A DNA stretch of 44,341 nucleotides from Desulfotignum sp. (lineage in GTDB: Bacteria; Desulfobacterota; Desulfobacteria; Desulfobacterales; Desulfobacteraceae): the NCBI GenBank assembly GCA_021737445.1, contig JAIPDY010000001.1, positions 1 to 44,341 on the forward strand, written 5' to 3'. Position numbers and translations under genes: made by a program. This document shows, in pieces, positions 1 to 7,657 of the stretch. Below the pieces are notes generated by a model. The model did not search any database and was not told the origin of the DNA. It saw only the letters and a program-made list of their open reading frames with translations. Every line of letters starts with the position of its first letter. Positions within the stretch are counted from its first letter, which is position 1.

Positions 1-350
1 TTGTCAAACTGAATCACCCGAAGCCCTTGATTCCTGAGCGCCTGTATCTGTTTGACCCGGGTCAGGGTGCTGGCAAACACGGCATCCGGCTGAAGCCGGA
101 CGATTTCTTCCACATTGATCTGGATCACCGTGCCGATGACCGGCTTGTTTTCTTTGCCTTCAGGAATGGTGCAGTAGCTGGTCACGCCCATCAGGTGCGG
201 ATCCGCACCCAGCTGATAGATCATGTCCGTGATCAAGGGGCCTGAAGACACTACCCGGTTCAGTGTTGTCTGTTCCATGGCATGGCCTTTCAGTATCCAG
301 GGGCCGGTCAGCAGGCAGAACAGTATCAGTGTCAGACCGGTTTTTTTCAT
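1..350 (-). CDS. BtuF-like ABC transporter substrate-binding protein (cobalamin/Fe-chelate class), 3' end beyond window
   Basis: Not in the ORF track because it runs off the edge. Manual translation from ATG at 350 (ATGA overlap with the upstream stop) gives MKKTGLTLILFCLLTGPWILKGHAMEQTTLNRVVSSGPLITDMIYQLGADPHLMGVTSYC...INVEEIVRLQPDAVF. This is a signal peptide plus the class III helical-backbone binding-protein motifs. Confidence 0.8.
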   Translation of the reverse strand, partial: MKKTGLTLILFCLLTGPWILKGHAMEQTTLNRVVSSGPLITDMIYQLGADPHLMGVTSYCTIPEGKENKPVIGTVIQINVEEIVRLQPDAVFASTLTRVKQIQALRNQGLRVIQFD

Positions 351-2368
351 AACGGACCTCCCTGCCCGACCGCCCCGTTGAACAGAGCATCCAGCGCCAT
401 GGCAATCACCCGGGGCACTTTTGGACGGGTGACAAAAACCTGCCAGGTCTCCAGGGGTTTTGCCGCGATCATTTCAGCTGTTTCCCGGCAGGTTTGCTCA
501 AATGCCCCCAGATCTTTTATCAGGCCTTTGTCATACTCATCGCTGACAGCCATGGCCGTGGCCATGAATCCCCGGTAAAACGGATCCAGCAGAAGGGTCT
601 CCACTTTCTGAATCAGCATATTTTCCGAAATATGACACTGACAGGGAAGGTCTTCGGACAAAAGTTCATGCAGGGAAATCCCCCTTTTTTCCAGGCGCCG
701 GAAAATATTGCGGTCGGACGTGATGCCGTTCTGTTTTTTGACAGCCTCTGTCACCGCCCGGTGAACCGCCTTGCCGATCAGTTCCCCCAGCCGGGTGTGC
801 CCGCCGGCATTGTCCAGGACAGCCGGGCCTTGGCCTTCCACCACCAGGATGTTGTCCGTGCCCGTGCCCGTGGCCCGGTACCGTCCCTGTTCATAGCTGG
901 AGCGGATATCTAAGTCCAGCAGGGCCGCGGTTTTTCCTTCCGTGGCCGTGATCATGGCCCGGGTCATGGCCCGGGGGGTCAGGCGGTGACTGGTCATGAT
1001 GATCACATTGATGGTGCCGGGTTCATAGAACCCTCCGGAATCCCGGGAGGTCCGCATGGCATTGCCGTCCACCCCGGCCGTGGCAAACACCGTGACCGCA
1101 ATATCTTTGAACCGCTCCTGTGCCGCACCCAGATGATCCATATCCGCCCCGGTGAACAGAAAAGCCGTGGTGTCCGGTGCCAGACCCAGCACATCAAACA
1201 CCTGGGTTTTCAAAACATCCAGCCCCTGGTCATGGACCAGAAGCCAGGTTTCCGGAGGGATATAATGATTTCCGATGGCGGTAACCCCGTGCTTAAATCC
1301 CTCCAGCGTGGAAAGAACCGACATGGGCCGGTCCAGCTGGATCACCAGAGACTTGTTGATAAAATCAAGGATCCGGCTCTGCTTGACCGCCGCCGCCTGG
1401 ACACAGGAAACATCTGTTTGTATGGGATTGCTTTGCGTCACCTGATTTTTTTGAAGCAGGGTGCGCTCATCTGCCAGGGAACTGCCGTGGATGGTGGCAA
1501 AAAGCCGTTTGACAAACTGTCCGGAACGGATGGATGCCCGGCAGGTCAAATCACAGGGGAAATAATAGATTTGGTTGTTTTTCACCGCATCCACATCTTT
1601 CCATCCGGGAAGGGAAAAAAACCGGTCCGCTGCTTCCCGGTCGCTGCCGCATCCATAAATCACCTGGGGATTGAAAGACGTCCACTGATCCTTTGATACC
1701 GGCACCACCGCACCGGTGCCAAAATCCGGGGGAATGCCCCCGGCCAGGGAGATCATATGATTCTGGAATGAATCGCTGCCCGGGGTCATGATCTGTTCTC
1801 TTCCCATGAGCCGGATCACCCGTTTGGGGGAGAGATCCGTTTTTCTCATTTTGGCGGTGACCCAGTCCAGGTCCGCTTTGATTTCAGCCACAAGGTGCCG
1901 GGCGTTTTCCTGTTTTTCCACCAGGTCTCCCAGCCGCAGCACCGTGTTCAGACTGTCCCGGAGGGTCTGTGTTTTGGCATGCACCCGCAAAATATCCCGG
2001 GACAACACAGAGGACAATGCCTGTAATTGAAACGGGTCATAAAAGACCAGGTCCGGTTCCAGGGCTTCAATGGCGGCCGGGGATGGAAAGGAAAATCCGC
2101 CCACCAGGGTTTTTCGGGCCGCATACCAGGGCCGGGTCGTATGGTAGGTAATGCCTGTGACCGAATCCTGTGCGCCCAGTGCAAACAGCATTTCCGTGAT
2201 TGACGGCACCAGGCTCACAATCCGGTCCGGTTTTTTTGTGAGCTGAATCTCATTGCCGGTGCCGTCGGTAAACCGCAATTCATTGCACAACCCGGGGGCA
2301 GATCCGAATATCCATGCGCTGATCAGGATTCCCAGCAGCGCAATGATGCAAACATGACAAGATCTCAT
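347..2368 (-). CDS. cbiZ: Fusion of BtuF-like corrinoid-binding protein and adenosylcobinamide amidohydrolase (CbiZ)
   Basis: The N-terminal hydrophobic leader and 'PDRIVSLVPSITEMLFALG' mark a binding protein. The C-terminal half has CbiZ motifs 'FTGADM', 'ATAGV', 'PGTIN', 'TATEGKTAAL' and 'ATGTGTD'. Start placed at ATG 2368 (ATGA overlap with the btuB stop); the ORF track extends to 2380. Confidence 0.85.
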   Translation of the reverse strand: MRSCHVCIIALLGILISAWIFGSAPGLCNELRFTDGTGNEIQLTKKPDRIVSLVPSITEMLFALGAQDSVTGITYHTTRPWYAARKTLVGGFSFPSPAAIEALEPDLVFYDPFQLQALSSVLSRDILRVHAKTQTLRDSLNTVLRLGDLVEKQENARHLVAEIKADLDWVTAKMRKTDLSPKRVIRLMGREQIMTPGSDSFQNHMISLAGGIPPDFGTGAVVPVSKDQWTSFNPQVIYGCGSDREAADRFFSLPGWKDVDAVKNNQIYYFPCDLTCRASIRSGQFVKRLFATIHGSSLADERTLLQKNQVTQSNPIQTDVSCVQAAAVKQSRILDFINKSLVIQLDRPMSVLSTLEGFKHGVTAIGNHYIPPETWLLVHDQGLDVLKTQVFDVLGLAPDTTAFLFTGADMDHLGAAQERFKDIAVTVFATAGVDGNAMRTSRDSGGFYEPGTINVIIMTSHRLTPRAMTRAMITATEGKTAALLDLDIRSSYEQGRYRATGTGTDNILVVEGQGPAVLDNAGGHTRLGELIGKAVHRAVTEAVKKQNGITSDRNIFRRLEKRGISLHELLSEDLPCQCHISENMLIQKVETLLLDPFYRGFMATAMAVSDEYDKGLIKDLGAFEQTCRETAEMIAAKPLETWQVFVTRPKVPRVIAMALDALFNGAVGQGGPL

Positions 2369-4356
2369 AACAACCGCCATTTCAGACCGATATATCCGGA
2401 AAGGCCCGGGGTGGCATAACTGAAGGCATCTTCGTAATATTTGTCAAACAGGTTGTCCACCCGGGCAAAGATCTGGAACCGGTCACTGATGTCACAGGAT
2501 CCGGACAGGTTCACCACGGTATAGTCATCCAGGGTGTTCACCAAATGGCCGTCCTTATCTTTAGCATAAGAGGAGGCAGCCCGTTCGCCCACCCACCGGG
2601 CATCCATGCCCACCTGCCATTTTTCCAGAAACCGGTAGGACGCGGTCAGTCCCACCTGGTTTCTTGGACGTCTGACCAGCCGGTTCCCTTCAGGATCCCG
2701 GGTATGGGTATAGGTGTAGTTGAGGTTGAAAAACAGATTCCTGAGCGGTGTCCAGGCAGCTGACACTTCCACCCCCCGGGTTTCGGTGTCTCCTTCAAGC
2801 TGATTGTATTTTGAGATGAGCATGTCATAACCGATCCGGTTTTCAAAATCCATTTCCCAGTAGGTCACTCCCAACGTCAGGTGATCATCCAGAATACCCT
2901 GCTCCACCCCCAAATCCCAGCCCCGGCTTTTTTCCGGCGCAAGATCCGGGTTCCCATAGACGGAATAAAGTTCATACAGGGAGGGAGACCTGAAACCGGT
3001 GCCGAAACTTGCTTTGAACCGGGTGCCGGTTGAGAAGATCTCATAGGCGGGCGCAATCCGAAACGTGGTCTTTCTGCCGAACGACTGATGATCATCCAGC
3101 CGGGCCCCGGCGATCAAAATTAGGTTTTCGCCGACAAAGAGCTGGTCCTGGAGCCAGTAACTCAGGGTGTGGGTATCAATGTCTGACACTGCACTGCTGA
3201 GGCTTTCCATGGTTTCGTTAAAATACCCGGTGCCAAAGGACAGCACACTGTTTTCAAAATCAATGTTGCCCTGCCAGGAAAAATCGTCGGTTCCGCCTTT
3301 ATAGTCATACCAGGGCAGATTGTCGTTATCGTAAGCCTGACGGTTATTTCTGTTAAACTTATATGACAGGATGGATTCAAACCGGCCCTGGGCAAACCGG
3401 TTGTTGATTCCGATGTGTCCCATCCATTGTTCTGATTCAGATCGTTTGTATGTGGGGCCGTCCGGGTTGGGAACCAGGGTGTTGACCCAGGCACCGGTGA
3501 CTGGATCCGGCACCCAGGTGGAAGTGATGTTGTCTCCGGTATACCCGTCTTCATAATCATCCAGATCCACCTGTGTATCCACATATCTCACGCTGGATGA
3601 CAGGGTGAAATTGTCATTAAATTCAAATCCTAAGTTGCCGGAAAGCGTGAGATTGTCATACCCGTCTTTTTCATCGGTGTTGCCGCCCTGGGGGATGCGT
3701 GGGTTGTCCTTGTCTGCAATGGAAAACCCGTCCCGGGACAGGTAGGAACCGGACACGGCATATGTGAGCTTGTCTGTGGCACCTGAGGCATGGGCGCCGG
3801 TTTTCCAGGTGCCGTAGGAGCCGCCTTCCACGGAAGCAGTGATCTCAGGGGCTTTGCCGCCTTTTTTGGTGATGATGTTGACCACGCCGGCCGTGGCGTT
3901 GCTGCCGTACATCACACTCATGGCACCTCTGACCACTTCGATACGTTCCACCTGATCCAGGTTGATATCTGAAAGATCAGCAGACCGGTTGGCACTGGAC
4001 GGATCATTGAGAACAATGCCGTCCAGCATCACCAGGGTATTTTTGGAGTCCGCTCCCCGGATGAACACGGATGCGGAAGTTCCCATGCCGCCGGTGGATG
4101 TCACAAACACACCGGGCACGGTTTTGAGAAGCTCCAGCACGGTGTGGGCGTTTTTTTCTTCGATCTCTTTGGCCGTGATCACTGTGACGCTGTTGCCGCC
4201 GATCTTTGCTGAAGTGGTTTCTGTCTGGGTCACTGAAACCACGACCTGATCCATGGTGGTAACCGCTTCATCTTCTGCCCGGCCGGCGGAAGCGCCGGTG
4301 ATTGCCGTCATCCAGAAAACAGCGATGATCCCCAGGTACATCCCTTTTTTTTTCAT
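2365..4356 (-). CDS. btuB: TonB-dependent outer-membrane cobalamin receptor
   Basis: Signal peptide, TonB-box-like 'DQVVVS', plug motifs 'IRGADSKNTLVMLDG' and 'VERIEVVRGAMSVMYGSNATAGVVNIITKK', C-terminal 'NLFDKYY...PG'. Lies directly downstream of a cobalamin riboswitch. Confidence 0.88.
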   Translation of the reverse strand: MKKKGMYLGIIAVFWMTAITGASAGRAEDEAVTTMDQVVVSVTQTETTSAKIGGNSVTVITAKEIEEKNAHTVLELLKTVPGVFVTSTGGMGTSASVFIRGADSKNTLVMLDGIVLNDPSSANRSADLSDINLDQVERIEVVRGAMSVMYGSNATAGVVNIITKKGGKAPEITASVEGGSYGTWKTGAHASGATDKLTYAVSGSYLSRDGFSIADKDNPRIPQGGNTDEKDGYDNLTLSGNLGFEFNDNFTLSSSVRYVDTQVDLDDYEDGYTGDNITSTWVPDPVTGAWVNTLVPNPDGPTYKRSESEQWMGHIGINNRFAQGRFESILSYKFNRNNRQAYDNDNLPWYDYKGGTDDFSWQGNIDFENSVLSFGTGYFNETMESLSSAVSDIDTHTLSYWLQDQLFVGENLILIAGARLDDHQSFGRKTTFRIAPAYEIFSTGTRFKASFGTGFRSPSLYELYSVYGNPDLAPEKSRGWDLGVEQGILDDHLTLGVTYWEMDFENRIGYDMLISKYNQLEGDTETRGVEVSAAWTPLRNLFFNLNYTYTHTRDPEGNRLVRRPRNQVGLTASYRFLEKWQVGMDARWVGERAASSYAKDKDGHLVNTLDDYTVVNLSGSCDISDRFQIFARVDNLFDKYYEDAFSYATPGLSGYIGLKWRLL

Positions 4357-4396
4357 TTGATTCTCCTGTGCGCATTAACCAATTGCCGGTCCGGAG

Positions 4397-4436
4397 AAAC
4401 CAAAAACCCCGGACCGAGTAAATCGATCCAGGGTTT
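4397..4436 (-). terminator. Intrinsic terminator, expression platform of the cobalamin riboswitch
   Basis: Minus-strand RNA AAACCCUGGAUCGA-UUUAC-UCGGUCCGGGGUUU-UUGGUUUC forms a 14-bp stem. Its two G-U pairs work only on the minus strand, and a U-rich tail follows. Confidence 0.7.
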
Positions 4437-4498
4437 CCCTTTTTAACACAAGATCTTGATCTGATTTTTTCTTGTCCGCGGAAAAAATCCAAAAACAC

Positions 4499-4662
4499 CC
4501 CAGGCAGGTCTTCTGACTCACGGATCATCCTACTGGCCGCGTCTTCCCATACCATCATGGCACAGTGACATTATTGCGGCGGGGGTCCCCGTTTACAGCG
4601 GCGGGCCCGTCCCTGACTTTCACAGGGTTCCCTTTCAAGCTCAAAAATGAGCACCTTGGCGT
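4499..4662 (-). ncRNA. Cobalamin (B12) riboswitch
   Basis: The reverse complement reads ...AAGGUGC...UGAAAGGGAAcccuGUGAAAgucagggACgggCCCGCCGCUGUAA...gUCACUG...UGGGAAG...GAGUCAGAAGACCUGCC, which contains the conserved elements and the B12 box. It lies upstream of btuB. Confidence 0.93.
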
Positions 4663-4803
4663 ATGATCTGATTACCTATTGGCCGGCCGCTTTTTTGTCA
4701 AGTATTTTTTTTGCGGAGTCACCGACTTGCCCAATCTATCAGGCCCTGACAGCCGGTTTTTGGCGGTTATGCAGGAGTGTCCTGGTTAATGTGAAAAATG
4801 GTG

Positions 4804-4832
4804 TTGACATGGATCTTGTGGTGTGTCATTAT
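4804..4832 (+). promoter_or_regulatory. Putative sigma70 promoter of arsR-hgcAB
   Basis: TTGACA (4804-4809), a 17-nt spacer, then CATTAT (4827-4832) preceded by TG (extended -10). Confidence 0.6.
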
Positions 4833-4860
4833 ATATCGTTAATAGGCGATGAACGATATA
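4832..4860. promoter_or_regulatory. Inverted repeat, candidate ArsR-family operator
   Basis: TATATCGTT-N11-AACGATATA is a perfect 9-bp inverted repeat overlapping the -10/+1 region just upstream of arsR. Confidence 0.65.
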
Positions 4861-4887
4861 AAAAACCATGTGTCAGGATAACAAGCA

Positions 4888-5154
4888 ATGGATATGGAGC
4901 AGGTTACAAAAATTTTCAAGGCCCTGGGCCATCCCACCCGGATAAAGATCGTTAAGCACCTGATTGAGATTGACACCTGCATATGCGGAGAGATCGTGGG
5001 GATTTTCCCCTATTCCCAGTCCACCATCAGCCAGCATTTGAAGATGCTTAAGGAATCTGGCATTGTCTGCGGAGAGGTGGAAGGACCCAAAACCTATTTT
5101 TGTGTGGATAAAAACATGTTAAACCAGTTCAAACAATATGTGAACGATTTATAG
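4888..5154 (+). CDS. arsR: ArsR/SmtB-family transcriptional repressor (hgcR-like)
   Basis: 'FKALGHPTRIKI', 'TCICGEI' (CxC), 'SQSTISQHLKMLKESG'. Lies 17 nt upstream of hgcA. Confidence 0.9.
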   Translation: MDMEQVTKIFKALGHPTRIKIVKHLIEIDTCICGEIVGIFPYSQSTISQHLKMLKESGIVCGEVEGPKTYFCVDKNMLNQFKQYVNDL

Positions 5155-5171
5155 ACAACCCAGGAACCGTT

Positions 5172-6380
5172 ATGAAAATTTTCCCAATGGACACCAAGTC
5201 TGACAAACCGGGCCGCGAACCTTTTCAAAAAAAAGGCCCTGGCCTGTCAACCACCAATGTACAGATCATGCCATCCTTGGATAAGGCCGGTTCGGCATGC
5301 GAATCGGAACATACCCGCCCCATGGCCGCATATGACAAACCTGGATATACATTGTGCGATTATGTGAACCATTTTATTGACACCGGTGCCGGCCCGGTGC
5401 CCGTAATCCGGCCGGAGCTGGACAAATGGGACCGGCTGTCCACCATTGCGGTCCGGTGCGGCATCCGGCGGCACAAGTATCTGGTGAGCCCCGGGCTTTA
5501 CGGCATCGGATCACCGGCCCCGGATTCAGAAGTGCTGGTGACCGCCAATTACAAATTGACCTTTGATCATTTGAGATCCGCGCTGGGCAGCATCAGTGCC
5601 TGGATCCTGGTGCTGGACACCAACGGGGTGAATGTCTGGTGCGCAGCAGGCAAAAAAAATTTTTCCACCCGGGAGCTGGTCAACAGAATCAAAGCGGTGT
5701 CTCTTGAAAAGGTGGTGATCCATAAACGGGTGATCGTCCCCCAGCTGGGTGCCACCGGGGTATCAGCCAGAGAGGTTAAAACACAGTCCGGTTTCCGGGT
5801 AGTGTACGGCCCGGTGCGGGCCTGTGATATCCCGGCATTTTTGAACAACGGCAGAAAAGCGGACAAAGCCATGCGCCAGGTCACGTTCACCCTGTTTGAA
5901 CGGTTTGTGCTGACCCCGGTGGAACTGCACGGGGCGTTGAAAATGGCAGGTATCACAGCCTTGGCGCTGTTTGTGCTTTCAGGCATAGGTCCGGGGATAT
6001 TTTCTTTTCACGGGGCATGGGAAAGGGGCCTGGTGTCCCTGGCCGCCCTGATCTGCGGACTGTTTTCCGGCGCGGTTCTGACCCCGGTGCTGCTGCCGTT
6101 TATCCCGTCAAAAAAATTTGCTTTTAAAGGCATTTTCATGGGAACTGTGTGCACCCTGTTGCTGTTGCCGGTCATTTATCCCGGGATCGGCAGCATGACC
6201 GGTGCAGCAGCCCTGTTTATCTTCAGCGTGATGGTGAGCTCCCATCTGGCCATGAATTTCACCGGGGCCACCCCGTTCACCTCCCCTTCCGGGGTGGAAA
6301 AAGAGATGAGGCAATACCTTCCCGTCCAGCTGGCAGGGGTTCTGGTATCTGCGGGGCTGTGGATTTACAGTGCATTTTAA
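5172..6380 (+). CDS. hgcA: Mercury methylation corrinoid protein HgcA
   Basis: Cap-helix motif 'GVNVWCAAGK' (NVWCAAGK at 5631-5654), plus 'VLVTANYKLTFD', 'PQLGATGV', 'YGPVRA', C-terminal TM helices and 'MNFTGATPFTSPSGVEKEM'. Confidence 0.97.
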   Translation: MKIFPMDTKSDKPGREPFQKKGPGLSTTNVQIMPSLDKAGSACESEHTRPMAAYDKPGYTLCDYVNHFIDTGAGPVPVIRPELDKWDRLSTIAVRCGIRRHKYLVSPGLYGIGSPAPDSEVLVTANYKLTFDHLRSALGSISAWILVLDTNGVNVWCAAGKKNFSTRELVNRIKAVSLEKVVIHKRVIVPQLGATGVSAREVKTQSGFRVVYGPVRACDIPAFLNNGRKADKAMRQVTFTLFERFVLTPVELHGALKMAGITALALFVLSGIGPGIFSFHGAWERGLVSLAALICGLFSGAVLTPVLLPFIPSKKFAFKGIFMGTVCTLLLLPVIYPGIGSMTGAAALFIFSVMVSSHLAMNFTGATPFTSPSGVEKEMRQYLPVQLAGVLVSAGLWIYSAF

Positions 6381-6414
6381 AGGATGTTAACAGGTTGAAT
6401 TAAGGAGTATGTAA

Positions 6415-6702
6415 ATGAAGGATTTCAGATATCTGGAGGATGTGGCCACCCTGGTGCTGGATGAGCAAAAATGCATCGGCTGCGGGTTGTGCACCGAGGT
6501 CTGCCCCCAAGCCGTGTTTGAGATGAATGAAAACAAAGCCCGGATCGTTGATTTCAATGCCTGCATGGAGTGCGGGGCCTGTGTCAACAACTGCCCGGTG
6601 GATGCCATATCGGTCAGTCCCGGGGTGGGGTGAGCCGCCTATATTATCCAGGTCTGGATAAAGGGCAAGGAAAAAGCCTCCTGCGGGGACGGCTGCTGTT
6701 GA
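6415..6702 (+). CDS. hgcB: Mercury methylation ferredoxin HgcB, predicted selenoprotein (UGA at codon 73 = Sec)
   Basis: Two [4Fe-4S] motifs, CIGCGLCTEVC and CMECGACVNNC. After 'SPGVG' comes TGA (6631-6633), then in frame AAYIIQVWIKGKEKASCGDGCC-TGA. Total 95 aa with the conserved terminal CC. RBS AAGGAG. Confidence 0.92.
6634..6666 (+). promoter_or_regulatory. Putative bacterial SECIS element
   Basis: Hairpin TTATCCA-GGTC-TGGATAA (6644-6661) with a possible lower stem GCC...GGC. The apical G is 18 nt after the UGA. Confidence 0.75.
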
Positions 6703-6820
6703 AAAGCGTATTCACTTGAAAGAGCTTGACAATGCGAGGTGTTTGTGAAAAAAAGCTTTTATTATTAGCCAGAACTAACAATTGTATGTTTGCTGTAAAT
6801 ATATGGCAAAGGAGAAACCC

Positions 6821-6976
6821 ATGCTGGAAAAAATCATTATCAGTACCATCGTTGCCGGTGCCGTATATTACCTGTATCGCAGGTTTAAGATGATGTCCTC
6901 TGCTGACGGCACATCCTGCGGATGCGACGGTTGCGGTCCGGCTGAATCTGAATGTGAGAAAAAAACGCTTTGTTAG
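6821..6976 (+). CDS. FeoB-associated Cys-rich membrane protein-like small protein (51 aa)
   Basis: RBS AAGGAG, then MLEKIIISTIVAGAVYYLYRRFK...SCGCDGCG...C...C: one TM helix, a basic patch and a Cys-rich tail. Confidence 0.75.
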   Translation: MLEKIIISTIVAGAVYYLYRRFKMMSSADGTSCGCDGCGPAESECEKKTLC

Positions 6977-7045
6977 ACAGGTGCCGTCAAATGTAGCAAA
7001 AATTGGTGTCATTTAATAATTTTAATTCCAGAGGAGGTGCTTGCT

Positions 7046-7657
7046 ATGAAGATCCTGATCGTGTTTTATTCCACCTATGGACATGTGTATGAAATGGCCA
7101 AAGCCGTTGCAGAGGGTGCAGAACAAATTGACGGGACTGAAGTGGACATCCGGCAGGTGCCGGAAACACTTTCTGATGACGTGCTTGAAAAGATGGGGGC
7201 GGTTGAGGCAAAAAAAGCGTTTTCCCATGTGCCGGTGTGCATGGTGGAGGAGCTGGAAAAGGCGGATGCCATTATTTTCGGCACCCCCACGCGGTTCGGT
7301 AACATGTGCGGCCAGATGCGCCAGTTTCTGGATGCCACCGGTCAATTGTGGGTAAACGGATCGTTGATCGGAAAGGTGGGAAGCGTGTTTGTGAGCACGG
7401 CCACCCAGCACGGAGGCCAGGAATCCACTATTCTGTCTTTCCATACCACGCTGCTGCACCACGGGCTGCTGGTGGCGGGACTGCCCTATGCTTTCCAGGG
7501 CCAGATGCGCATCGATGAAGTCACCGGCGGTTCTCCCTATGGTGCATCCACCATTGCCGGGGGAGACGGGGCACGGATGCCCTCAGAAAATGAACTGGAC
7601 GGGGCCCGGTTCCAGGGAAAACATGTGGCAAAAATTACCGCAAAGCTGGCGGGTTGA
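7046..7657 (+). CDS. wrbA: NAD(P)H:quinone oxidoreductase WrbA (flavodoxin-like)
   Basis: 'VFYSTYGH', '[14 protein letters not shown]', '[12 protein letters not shown]', 'GGSPYGA'. RBS GAGGAGG before ATG 7046. Confidence 0.95.
   Translation: MKILIVFYSTYGHVYEMAKAVAEGAEQIDGTEVDIRQVPETLSDDVLEKMGAVEAKKAFSHVPVCMVEELEKADAIIFGTPTRFGNMCGQMRQFLDATGQLWVNGSLIGKVGSVFVSTATQHGGQESTILSFHTTLLHHGLLVAGLPYAFQGQMRIDEVTGGSPYGASTIAGGDGARMPSENELDGARFQGKHVAKITAKLAG

Noticed and set aside
4268-4955. ORFs 4268-4558 (-) and 4647-4955 (+)
   Set aside because: They overlap the riboswitch and promoter region and have no recognisable motifs, so they are likely spurious.
6415-6633. hgcB as a truncated 72-aa ferredoxin or pseudogene
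   Set aside because: The TGA aligns with the conserved Cys, the downstream frame keeps the CC tail, and a SECIS-like hairpin follows, so recoding is the better explanation.
6700-6730. Second read-through at the TGA after Cys-Cys
   Set aside because: The protein already has canonical length, no hairpin follows, and the frame closes again after 8 codons.
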